From assembly GCF_009914755.1 (NCBI RefSeq), contig NC_060933.1: a stretch of 64,000 nucleotides of DNA, one strand, 5' to 3'. Position 1 is the stretch's first letter; the number at the start of each line of letters is the position of its first letter. A program made the translations under genes and the position numbers. Below, in pieces: positions 46,914 to 61,163 of this stretch. Below the pieces are notes generated by a model. The model had not been told where the DNA came from and searched no databases. It saw only the letters and a program-made list of their open reading frames with translations. This stretch comes from the human T2T-CHM13v2.0 reference genome, Homo sapiens.

Positions 46914-47021
46914 TGAACTCCCAACCTCAGGTGATCTGCCCACCTCGGCTTCCCAAAGTGTTAGGATTATGGGTGTAAGCCACCGCGCCCGGGCTTTTTT
47001 TTTTTTTTTTTTTTTTTTTGA

Positions 47022-47150
<129 letters not shown>

Positions 47151-47263
47151 TAGCTTGGATTACAGGCACATGCCACCATGCCCTGCTAATTTTTATATTT
47201 TTAGTAGAGACAGGGTTTGACTCAACCCTGGTGGGATTGAGTGGGAGTGGAAGGACTGCTTGA

Positions 47264-47625
<362 letters not shown>

Positions 47626-47855
47626 TAAAGTGTTAGGATTATGGGTGTGAGCCACTGCGCCCAGCCATTATTTATTTATTTATTTTTTTGAGACGAAGTC
47701 TTGCTCTTGTCCCCCAGGCTGGAGTGCAATGGCCTCCTGAGTAGCTGGAATTACAGACATGCACCACCACACCTGGCTAATTTTTTTATCTTTTTAGTAG
47801 AGACAGGGTTTCACCATGTTGGCCCTGCTGGTCTTGAACTCCCTACTTCAGGTGA

Positions 47856-48230
<375 letters not shown>

Positions 48231-48981
48231 TGATCTGCTTTGAATTTAATACCATGAATGAGTGTCATACCATCATGTCTCAATTTATAGATTAAATATT
48301 TGACATCTCGGAGGCGTAAATGGTCAATTTCTGACCTCCTGCAACTTGGAAGAGTAATCAAGTGTTTGCTTCAAAGCAAATTGTTCACTTGAGACGTCAT
48401 AGTAGAGTCCTAATAATTTGATATGATTTGGTAGACAGGACTAGGGGTTAGATTTGGCTTATCTAGTATAAGTACTACCCAGATATGTGATGCTGCTCAA
48501 GTTATTTTAACTGTTTTCTCTTTCTTTTCTTTCTTTGTTTTCTTCCTTCCTTTCCTTCTTTCCTCTTTTTCTTTTTTTGCTCTTAAAACTTGCCTAAGCC
48601 TGGGAGGCAAATGTTGCAGTGAGCTGAGATTGTGCCACTGCACCCCAGCCTAGGCAACAGAGTGAGACCCTGTCTCTAAAAAAAAAAAAAAAAAATTTCC
48701 TAAGGCTCAAATGAGAGTAAGAGCTGTGACTTCTCCTCAGCTAATGGTGGCATCATTACTGACTAAGGCCAAATACTGCTTGAACAAATAGTTACTGCTT
48801 AGGACTCATGGGACACATGGATATCACATATAAAGGTTAAGCTCTTTTCTGGGATTTTGAGATTTGTAGGACTATTTGTGCTGGTAGGCTAATTTCTAGT
48901 GTCTCTCTCTCTCTCTATGTATATATACATATATATTTGAGGTTTGTAGGACTATTTGTGCTGGTAGGCTAATTTCTAGTC

Positions 48982-49500
48982 TATATGTATATATAATATA
49001 TACATATGTATAGGTGTGTATATAATATATACATATGTATAGGTGTGTATATAATATATACATATGTATAGGTGTGTATATAATATATACATATGTATAG
49101 GTGTGTATATAATATATACATATGTATAGGTGTGTGTATATATATACATATGTATAGGTGTGTATATAATATATACATATGTATAGGTGTGTATATATAT
49201 ACATATGTATAGGTGTGTATATAATAAATACATATGTATAGGTGTGTATATAATATATAATATATACATATGTATAGGTGTGTATATAATATATAATATA
49301 TACATATGTATAGGTGTGTATATAATATATACATATGTATAGGTGTATATATGGACATATATGTATATATGGACACATATGTATATGTATATATGGACAT
49401 ATATATGTATACATGTATGCATATATGTATATATGGACATGCATGCATATATATGTACATATATACATATATAATATATATAATAAATAATCTATATAAT
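48982..49500. repeat. AT-rich minisatellite, about 12 copies of 29-bp TATATAATATATACATATGTATAGGTGTG decaying into (TA/CA)n
   Basis: GGTGT cores at 49013, 49042, 49071, 49100, 49129, 49157, 49186, 49212, 49241, 49277, 49313 and 49342. Confidence 0.95.
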
Positions 49501-49512
49501 ATATATAAATAA

Positions 49513-49878
<366 letters not shown>

Positions 49879-50256
49879 TAGTCATACTTGCTGATTATCA
49901 ATAAATTTTAAGACATCCTCATGCCTGTTTACATAATCTTCATATGTAACCTAAACCTTCAGTAGCACTGTAGAATTGTCTCATCTTCTTATCATGTCCA
50001 ATCCAGCCCAGCCTACTGGAAATTATTTTCTGTTAAGTGTTAGAGTCCAGCTGGAGGAGAGTGCATTAAATTGGAAGTCAGGAGGTCTTCCTGGGTGGCC
50101 TCCAATTGACTGGGTGACTTTAGGCAAGCCTCCTTAGCTTCAGGTTCTCTGACTATAGAATAAGCAGGTTGAAATGGTTGATATCTGAGTTCTTTTTTAG
50201 CTTTGCGACAATTCTGTGATTGGATCAAGAGTCCTACCATTCTGAAATATGTTTGA

Positions 50257-50427
<171 letters not shown>

Positions 50428-50597
50428 TAGAACTTTTCTATACCGAATAGTATATGCTTTCATTCATAAATGTACAAAAACAGGCATAAAAGTTATTCTC
50501 TGCTGTTAGAAGTCAAAATCTTAGTTATTCTTTGGGAGTGGTTAAGGAGTGGGCTTCTGTTCTGTTTCTTAATCTGGGAGTTGGCTACACTTGTATA

Positions 50598-51257
50598 CAG
50601 TAGTTTCCCCTTGTCAGCAGTTTTGCTTTCTGCGGTCTTAGTTGCCCATGGTCAACTGCGGTCTGAAAATTGGTGAGTTTGTGTAATACAGTAAGATATT
50701 TTGAGAGAAAGAGGCACATTCAGGCCGGGCGCGGTGGCTCACGCCTGTAATCCCAGCACTTTGGGAGGCTGAGACTGGCAGATCACGAGGTCAGGAGATC
50801 GAGACCATCCTGGCTAACGTGGTGAAACCCCGTCTCTACTAAAAATACAAAAAATTAGCCGGGCATGGTGGCGGGTGCCTGTAGTCCCAGCTACTCGGGA
50901 GGCTGAGGCAGGAGAATGGGGTGAACCCAGGAGGTGGAGCTTGCAGAGCCGAGATTACGCCACTGCACTCCAGCCTGGGCGACAGAGCAAGACTCTGTCT
51001 CAAAAAAAAAAAAAAAAAAAAAAAAAAGGCACATTCACATAACATTTTTAACAGTATATTGTTATAATTATTCTATTTTATTATGTTATTGTTAATCTCT
51101 TATTCTGCCTAATGTATAAATTAAACTTTATCAAACTTGTGTATATATATATATATATGGAAAGAAACATAGCACATATAGGGTTCATTGCTATCCGTGG
51201 TTTCCGGCATCCATGGGTGTCTTGGAAAGTATTACCTGCTGATAAGGGGGACTACAG
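50598..51257. mobile_element. MER44 (Tigger7-derived MITE) with an AluY-like insertion (about 50723-51028)
   Basis: Imperfect TIRs CAGTAGTTTCCCCTTGTCAGCAG / CTGCTGATAAGGGGGACTACAG, preceded by TA. The Alu is flanked by a GGCACATTCA duplication. Confidence 0.8.
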
Positions 51258-51282
51258 CATTCAGTTTTTGAAAACTCATTGA

Positions 51283-51543
<261 letters not shown>

Positions 51544-53648
51544 TGATTTGCCTGCCTCGGCCTCCCAAAGTGCTGGGATTACAGGCATGAGCCACCGCAC
51601 CCGGCCCAATATATAAACTTCTATACATATACTTCTTCAATGAAAAGCTTAACAAAATAAAAACAGAATGCTGTGTCAAATCACATTTTCCTTTTGACTT
51701 ATAAAATAAGAACCTCCTCTTTTCTTTTTTTGGAAGATAAAATTTTGGCTTCAGGTTATAATAAAACCACAATTGAGATCACCTACTGTAAGCTTTGTTA
51801 AAATCCTATATATCAGAGACAGAGAGTAGATAAGTTGTTGCTTGGGGTTAGGGGTGGAGAGTGACTGCCTGTGAGTATGGGTTTTCTTTTTGGGATGATG
51901 AAAACATTCTGGAATTAGAAAGAGGTGATGATTACACAACTTTGTGAATATACTAAAATCTACACTTTAAAAGGGTAAATATTATGGTATGTGAATTATG
52001 TTCAGTTAAAAAATCAAAAAAATCACAGGAAGGAAAATAGGAAAATTATTTCAAAGCAAACTAACAAAAGAAGACATGTAAAGAGGAAGAAAGAACATCT
52101 TGTGTTCCATAGCAAACTGAGGTCAGACTAGCAGAGCAGCATCTCTGAATGCTTCACTCTCTTTCTTCTTCTTTTTTTTTTTTTTTTTTTGAGATAAGGT
52201 CTTGCTGTGTCACCCAGGCTGAAGTGCAGGAGTGCGATCATGGCTCACTGTAGCCTTGACCCTCTGGGCTCAAGTGGTCCTCCCACCTCAACCTCCCCAC
52301 TAGCTGGGACCACAGGCACTGCACCACTACATCCGGCTAATTAAAAAAATTTTTTTGTAGAGATAGGATCTTCCCTATGTTACCCAGGCTGGTCTCAAAC
52401 TCCTGTGCTCAAGTGATCCTCCCACCTCAGCCTTGCAAAGTGCTGAGATTACAGGTGTGAGCTACTGTGCCTGGCCTTCTGAATGCTTCTTGAATCCAAT
52501 TCTGTTTAACAAATATTTCCTGAATTTCTGCTTTATATAAGATGCTGAAAGGCATAGAAAAGATCTATGAAACTTTATTATTGTCCACCAGGGCCTGATC
52601 TCTTGTTGGAGACAGGTATAAGCTATCTAAAAACGGCAAAGGGTGAGGAATGCCATATTATAACAGAGTGTAAATGAAATTAATACAGGAGTTGGGGTGG
52701 CTCTGGGAGGGCATCTTAGAGGAAGTGAGGTTTGAGCAGGTCTTTAAAAGAAGGGTGGAAGTGTTTCAGAAAGGGATGTGGGCAAGAGCATTCCTGATAG
52801 TACAGGTAGCATGAGCAAAGGCATAGAAGTGGGAGAGACGTGGGGAGGAATGGGCAGTTTTTTGTAGCTGGACCATTGGATCTCTAACAATTAGATGAGG
52901 AGACTACCTAAAGCAACTCTCACTTCTAGGAAGTAGCATACAGTGTTGAAAGTGGTAGACCCAGTTGGCTTGTTGCCCACTCCATAGAACACCAAGTCTA
53001 AGGACACTGAGTTCAATCTTCAACTTTTATTTGACTTATAGTTTTTCCTATATCCCACCTTGGAAGATTCTTTAAAGTTGATTCCCAAGCTTCAGAGAAT
53101 AGCTTTGGAAAGAGATGGAATTGCAATAGTTCCAACTCCTTGAAGACTGAGGAGCTCTGATTCTGCAGGATCAAAAAGAAGCAGTGTGAGCGGTAGCTAT
53201 TAACACCGCTTTGGGGACCCATGTGTGTCCAGGCTTCTCCTTGTGAAGGGGAGATAAATGAGGCAGTGGGCTGGAGGCCGGCCTCCTAGAGCCTGCTGCT
53301 GTAGCCAAGACAGCTTGTTTTCCTCCTGTCACTTCTTGAGCTTTCTTGAACTTTGCTGGGTAGCACTCGTTGCTTTGGCTTCTGCATGCTGACTGTGGCA
53401 GCAGTTCCTGACTCCATAGAGCCATACCTGACTGCATCCACATCAGGATACAGGGGAGAGTAGGGTTAGGATCTTTTTGTGGCTTTAGCTCCAGTCAACA
53501 GAAGTGGTCTTTGGGCAGCTCAGTAACATTTATCCAGTTATACTTTTACAAAATATTAGGTTGGCCTCTTGAATTCTTCCCTCTTTTTGCTACTTTTTTC
53601 TGTAAAGTAGGGCTGTGTTTTTTATTCTGAAATAATTGTATTCTAGTA

Positions 53649-53875
53649 TAGGTTGAGTATCCCTAATCTGAAAATCCAAAATTTGAAATGCTCCAAAATT
53701 TGACACTTTTTGAGTGCTGAGTTGATGCTCAAAGGAAATGCTTACTGGAGCATTTCAGGTTTTGGATTTTCGGATTTGGCATATTCAGTCAGTAAGCGTA
53801 TAATGCACATATTCCAAAGCCTGAAATCTGAAACACTTCTGTTCCCAAGCATTTGGGTAAGGGATACTCGGCTTG
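53649..53875. mobile_element. Tigger4/MER46-type MITE
   Basis: TIRs (T)AGGTTGAGTATCCCTAATC / GGTAAGGGATACTCGGCTTG with TA on both sides; internal AAAATCCAAAATTTGAAATGCTCC / GGAGCATTTCAGGTTTTGGATTTT palindrome. Confidence 0.82.
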
Positions 53876-54309
53876 TATTATAAGCTGCTAGGATATTTTA
53901 CCCTATTCTTGTTTTGGGAACTCCATCCCAAAGAAATAAGCTGACAGATTTCTCCAAAGTGAACTAGAATTGAATCTGCTAGCTGGTGTAACACGGAATA
54001 TTACACCTCCTAGACTTCTAGAAAGACTGTGGAAACAGATAATGGTAGAATTTCACTGTTGGAAAGCACCTGGGAAATCATGTTTTCTGACCCTTGTTGC
54101 TTGTTTTATATTTAATCCTCACTAAAATGTCTCCTGCCTTGGCTATGTCCATGTACTCTCTCTCAGGGTGGGGAAAGTTAGCTAATGGATTTAATTCTTC
54201 CTAACCATAGTTGCACATTAGAATTGCTTGGGGTGCTTTAAAGAGTATTGGTTCCACCCCCAGAGCAATTAAATCAGAATATCATTGAGGTTTTTGAAAT
54301 TCAGAAGCT

Positions 54310-54477
54310 TCAGAATCTCTACTTTCTATCTGTGGACTTTGGTAAATTATTTAGCCTCTCTGTGTCTTAGTTTCTTTGTCTGTAAAAATGGATGAAATAA
54401 CACGGCATAGGGTTGTTGTGAAGATTAAATGAGTTAATCCATGAAAAGCATTTAGAGTGGTGCTCAATAAATGTAGC

Positions 54478-54480
<3 letters not shown>
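54310..54480. mobile_element. MIR SINE
   Basis: GACTTTGGTAAATTATTTAGCCTCTCTGTGTCTTAGTTTCTTTGTCTGTAAAA...ATAGGGTTGTTGTGAAGATTAAATGAGTTAAT core. Other MIRs near 8195-8330, 15890-15990, 45600-45700 and 62720-62900. Confidence 0.8.
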
Positions 54481-54514
<34 letters not shown>

Positions 54515-54682
54515 TTGAGATGGCGTCTCGTGCTGTTGCCCAGGCTAGAGTGCAGTGGTTAGATTCGGCTCACTGCACCCTCCACCTCCCAGGTTCAAGC
54601 AATTCTTCTGCCTCAGCCTTCCAAGTAGCTGGGACTACAGGTGGGCACCACTATGCCTGGCTAATTTTTGTACTTTTAGTAG

Positions 54683-55392
<710 letters not shown>

Positions 55393-56009
55393 TAAATGAG
55401 ATTTGCCAGTATTTTGTCCAGGACTTAAAATTGGCTCAAAAATTAATGTGTACTTTTTTGGGAACTATCTTTGTATGTTTGGTTTTGGTTTCATGATTTG
55501 TATTAGCCCCATAAAGTTACATTGGGGAGTATTCTTTCTTTTACTTTTCTTGGGGAGAGCTTGACAATTTTTTTGTGGATGTTTTGTAGAATGTGCTTGG
55601 AAGTTCAACTCCACCTGTGCCTTCTTTATGGAAAGATTTTTAACTAACATATAACATTTAACTAACATAGATCATAACATTTCATTTGAAGCTCTCTAGT
55701 GGCCTCTTTCTCATCTCGAGTACAAGCCAGTGTTTGCCCTGTGTGCTGTGGGTTTTCCCCCGTGTAATGTGGCCTCCCATCACCTCACTGCCCTCATGGT
55801 CTACTCCCTGCCTCACTTGTGCCACCCACATTGTCCTCCTTGTTGTTTCTTTTTTCCCCTTTTCCTGGAACACGCTAAGGTGTGCCTGCCTCAGGGCATT
55901 TGTACTTACCCTTTCACCTGAAATGGTTTTCTCCCGGAGAGATGCTTTGTTCCCTCCCTTCTTTCAGGTCTCTGTTCAAATGTTCTCTAATCAGAAAGAC
56001 AACCACTTG

Positions 56010-56820
56010 TTTATGTGTTCATTTGTTTGTTCATTTACTCATTTATTCGATGTCATTTCACCTTAGGGAGGAGTAAAATAGTTACCAAACACCTAATATG
56101 TGCCAGGCACTTTTCTAGATGTGTGGGGTATATCTGTGAATAAAACAGATGAAAGATCCCTGTCCTCGTGGAGTTTATCTTCTAGTAGTGGGGATGTAGA
56201 GAAAGACAATAAGCATAACAAGTAAATTTTACTAAAAGATGATATGTACTTTGGAAAAGAGAAAAAAATTGAGTAGGATGAAGAGGAATCAGGAGTACAG
56301 ATGGGGGAGTTGTGGAGGAAAGGGCCAGTAGGTTGCATGATTAAATAAGGTGGTCAGGATAAACTTCATGGAGGCGAGATGTAAGGAGACTTGAGGGATG
56401 TGAGAGTGTCAAGTGGATATCTAGGAGAAAAATATTTCCGGCAGAGGGAACAGCTAGAGCAAAGACTGGGAGGTAGGAACATGCCTGGTGTTGTCAAGGG
56501 AGGGTGAGAGGGCCAGTGCAGCCTGAGTTTAGCAAGTGAGGAGGGCAGTAGGAAAGGAAACCTTGGGAACAGGAGTCAAGCTGCTTTGGGCTGGGTAGGC
56601 TCTCATAAGGACTTTGGCATTTTTTCTACGTGAAATGGGGAGCCATTGGAGGCTTTTGAGGACATGATTTGGTTTAGTTTTTAACAGGATCACACTGGCT
56701 GCTATGTGGAGATGACTGTAGGAAGTGAAGAGAACCAGGGCATCTGGTCAGGAGGATATTGTAATGATTCAGATAAGAGATGGTGGCAGTGGAGGTGGTA
56801 AAAAGTGGGTAGATACTAGA
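56010..56820 (-). mobile_element. L2 LINE fragment, resuming at about 59000-59070 after nested insertions
   Basis: TATGTGCCAGGCACTTTTCTAG...GTGAATAAAACAGA...CCCTGTCCTCGTGGAGTTTA...GGCAGAGGGAACAGC...GGGGAGCCATTGGAGGCTTTTGAG...AGGATCACACTGGCTGCTATGTGGAGA. Continuation TTTTGAAGGCATAGCTAACATGATTTG...GGATTGGATG at 59009. Confidence 0.8.
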
Positions 56821-57148
56821 TGTCTTTTTTTTTTTTTTTGAGACAGAGTCTCGCCCTGTCGTCCAGGCTGGAGTGCAGTGGTGCGTCTTGGCTCACTGCA
56901 ACCTCCGCCTCCTGGGTTCAAGTGATTCTCCTGCCTCACCCTCCTGAGTAGCTAGGATTATAGGTCCTTGCCACCATGCGTGGCTAAGTTTTGTAGTTTT
57001 AGTAGAGATGGGGTTTCGCCATGTTGGCCATGTTGGTCTTGAACTCCTGACTCAGGTGATTCACCTGCCTCGGCCTCCCAAGGTGCTGGGATTACAGGTG
57101 TGAGCCACTGCTTCTGGCCTGGATGTCTTTTTTAAAAAATTATTTTTG

Positions 57149-58819
57149 GGTTTTTTTTTTTTTTTTTTTTAATTTATTTTTTTATTGATAATTCTTGGGT
57201 GTTTCTCACAGAGGGGGATTTGGCAGGGTCATGGGACAATAGTGGAGGGAAGGTCAGCAGATAAACAAGTGAACAAAGGTCTCTGGTTTTCCTAGGCAGA
57301 GGACCCTGCGGCCTTCCGCAGTGTTTGTGTCCCTGATTACTTGAGATTAGGGATTGGTGATGACTCTTAACGAGCATGCTGCCTTCAAGCATCTGTTTAA
57401 CAAAGCACATCTTGCACCGCCCTTAATCCATTTAACCCTGAGTGGACACAGCACATGTTTCAGAGAGCACAGGGTTGGGGGTAAGGTCACAGATCAACAG
57501 GATCCCAAGGCAGAGGAATTTTTCTTAGTGCAGAACAAAATGAAAAGTCTCCCATGTCTTCTACTTTCTACACAGACACAGCAACCATCCGATTTCTCAA
57601 TCTTTTCCCCACCTTTCCCGCCTTTCTATTCCACAAAGCCCCCATTGTCATCCTGGCCCGTTCTCAATGAGCTGTTGGGCACACCTCCCAGACGGGGTGG
57701 TGGCCGGGCAGAGGGGCTCCTCACTTCCCAGTAGGGGCGGCCGGGCAGAGGCGCCCCTCACCTCCCGGACGGGGCAGCTGGCCGGGCGGGGGGGCTGACC
57801 CCCCCCCCACCTCCCTCCCGGACGGGGCGGCTGGCCGGGCAGAGGGGCTCCTCACTTCCCAGTAGGGGCGGCCGGGCAGAGGCGCCCCTCACCTCCCGGA
57901 CGGGGCGGCTGGCCGGGCGGGGGGCTGACCCCCCCACCTCCCTCCCAGACGGCACGGCTGGCCAGGCGGGGGGCTGACCCCCCCACCTCCCTCCCAGACG
58001 GCACGGCTGGCCAGGCGGGGGGCTGATCCCCCCACCTCCCTCCCGGATGGGGCGGCTGGCCGGGCGGGGGGCTGACCCCCCCACCTCCCTCCCGGTCGGC
58101 ACGGCTGGCCGGGCGGGGGGCTGACCCCCCCACCTCCCTCCCGGACGGCACGGCTGGCCAGGCGGGGGGCTGACCCCCCCACCTCCCTCCCGGATGGGGC
58201 GGCTGGCCTGGCGGGGGCTGACCCCCCCCCACCTCCCTCCCGGACGGGGTGGCTGCCGGGCGGAGACGCTCCTCACTTCCCAGATGGGGTGGCTGCTGGG
58301 CGGAGAGGCTCCTCACTTCTCAGACGGGGTGGTTGCCAGGCAGAGGGTCTCCTCACTTCTCAGACGGGGCGGCCGGGCAGAGACGCTCCTCACCTCCCAG
58401 ACGGGGTCTCGGCCGGGCAGAGGCGCTCCTCACATCCCAGATGGGGCGGCGGGGCAGAGGCGCTCCCCACATCTCAGACGATGGGCGGCTGGGCAGAGAC
58501 GCTCCTCACTTCCTAGATGTGATGGCGGCTGGGAAGAGGCGCTCCTCACTTCCTAGATGGGATGGCGGCCGGGCGGAGACGCTCCTCACTTTCCAGACTG
58601 GGCAGCCAGGCAGAGGGGCTCCTCACATCCCAGACGATGGGCAGCCAGGCAGAGACACTCCTCACTTCCCAGACGGGGTGGCGGCCAGGCAGAGGCTGCA
58701 ATCTCGGCACTTTGGGAGGCCAAGGCAGGCGGCTGCTCCTTGCCCTCGGGCCCCGCGGGGCCCGTCCGCTCCTCCAGCCGCTGCTTCCCGGGCGGCGCTC
58801 GCCGGCGCGGCGGCAAAGA
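57149..58819 (-). mobile_element. SVA retrotransposon, SVA_F1 (MAST2-SVA) type, 5'-truncated, antisense in MELK intron 8
   Basis: Poly(A) at 57151-57170; SINE-R about 57171-57680 ending CACCCAAGAATTATCAATAAA; GC-rich VNTR about 57680-58690; short Alu-like remnant about 58690-58732; non-SVA CpG-rich leader 58733-58819 translating LPPRRRAPPGKQRLEERTGPAGPEGKEQ (MAST2 exon 1). [18 protein letters not shown] at 57134-57148 and 58820-58834. Confidence 0.93.
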
Positions 58820-59000
58820 AAAAAATTATTTTTGTATTAACAAAATTAAAAGTAAAAGTAGACCTGTATATACAAAGGGTAAAGTAAAATTGACCCTTTG
58901 TATATACAGTAAAATTGACCCTTTGTATATACAGGTCTATGAATTCTAACACATATATAGATTCATATAACCATTGCCACAGTCAGAATGTAGAACAGTC
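58820..59000 (-). mobile_element. Short L1M (L1MC/MD-like) 3'-end fragment that received the SVA
   Basis: TACAGTAAAATTGACCCTT...TACAGGTCTATGAATTCTAACACATATATAGATTCATATAACCA...CAGAATGTAGAACAGT; bounded by the TGGATGTCTTTT duplication (57120-57131 / 59001-59012). Confidence 0.65.
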
Positions 59001-59102
59001 TGGATGTCTTTTGAAGGCATAGCTAACATGATTTGTGCATGGATTGGATGAGGGGAGTAACCCGAGTAGCTAGAAAGTTGGAAAATTATTAAAGGTATCT
59101 AG

Positions 59103-59240
<138 letters not shown>

Positions 59241-60923
59241 TGAATAGCTGGGATTACAGGCTCCCACCACCGCGCCTAGCTAATTTTTGTAGTTTTAGCA
59301 GAGATGGGGTTTCACCATGTTGGACAGGCTTGTCTCGAACTCCTGACCTTAGGTGATCAGCCTGCCTCAGCCTCCCAAGTGTTGGGATTACAGGCGTGAG
59401 CCACCGCGCCTGGCCATAAAACCTGTTTTCTTAGAGGCAATCATTGCTATCACGTTTATCAGATTTTTACGTATTTTTTTCAGACATTAGCCTGCATATG
59501 TAAGGAATTTTATATTTATATATTTTCTCTTTCTGCTACCCCCTTCCCAGTTTTTTTTTTTTTTTTTTTACACAGATGGTAGCATACCATAAACACTGTT
59601 CTGCACTTTGTTTTCCTCCCTTAGCAGTGTGTCTTGGAAATCATAGCACTTCATACCCACCTCAGAGCCTCTTCATTCTTTTTATGACTGCATAGAATTG
59701 CATTGTATGCATGTACCATAATTTATTTAACCAGTCCTAGGTTAATGGACATTTAAGTAATTTCCAAGTAGTCATTTGTACATTGTGAATATAATAAATC
59801 TGTAAGAAAATTTCTAGAACAGTTGGTGGGTCAAAGATATGTGAATTAGTAATTTTGATAGATATTGCCAAATTGCTTCCCAGTAAAGTCCTATTGGTTT
59901 ATGCAACTACCAACAGTAGCATAATAATGCCAGTTTCTCCATACCCCCCCACCAATACAGTGTATCACTGTTTTTGATTGTTATGTTTAAGACTTATTTT
60001 TGCTGTGCAGGAATTTTTAGTTTTTATTTAGTGAAATTCATCAATCTTTTTCTTTTTTTCTTTCTTTTTTTTTTTAGAGACAGGGTCTTGCTCTGTCACC
60101 CAGGCTGGAGTGCAGTGGTGCAGTCATAGTTCATTGCAACCTCAATTTCCTGGGCTCAAGTGATCCTCCAGCCTCAGCCTCCTGAGTAGCTGGAACTACA
60201 GGCGTGCGCTACCACACTTGGCTAATATTTTTTGTAGAGATAAGGTCTTGCTATATTGCTGAGGCTTGTCTCTGGCCTCAAGTGATCCTCCCACCTTGGC
60301 CTCTCAAAATGTTGGGATTATAGGCATGAGCCACTGTGCCCAGCCTGTCAATTTTTTATTGTCATATTTGGAAGGGCTTTTTGACTTTATTTTTTAAAAT
60401 ATCTGTGTTTTCTTCTAGTGTTTTTATGGTTTCACTTTTTAAAAATGTTTAAATGTTTGATTCATCTAGAATTTGCTTTAGTATGTTTTCTTGACTTTAA
60501 ACATCATAAAAAAAACTGTAGAGATTTGCTTTCACATTCTGGATTCTGGATTTTAAAGATCTAATTGTAGACCAGGTGTGGTGGCTCGTGCCTGTAGTCC
60601 CAGCACTTTGGGGGGCTGAGTTAGGGACATGGCTTGAGGCCAGAAGTTTGAGACCAGCCTGGGCAACATCGTGAGACTCCGTCTCTACAAAAAATAAAAA
60701 AAAAATTAGCTGGGCATGGTGGCATTTGTCTTTAGTCCTAGCTACTCAGGAGACTGAGGTGGGAGGATTGCTTGAGCCTAGGAGTTCAACGCTGCAGTGA
60801 GCTATGATTGCACCATTGCATTCCAGCCCAGGCCATAGACTCCATGTCTTTAAAAAAAAAAAAAGGGCCCAGTGGCTCACTTCTGTAATCCCAGCACTTT
60901 GGGAAGCTGAGGTGGGCAGATCA

Positions 60924-61163
<240 letters not shown>

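Noticed and set aside
57354-58949. 97-212 aa Pro/Gly/Arg-rich ORFs, including a MAST2-SVA fusion peptide
   Set aside because: SVA VNTR/SINE-R translations; the MAST2 piece is 5'-truncated and lacks its ATG (the ORF at 58816 starts at TTG), so it is not a credible protein gene.
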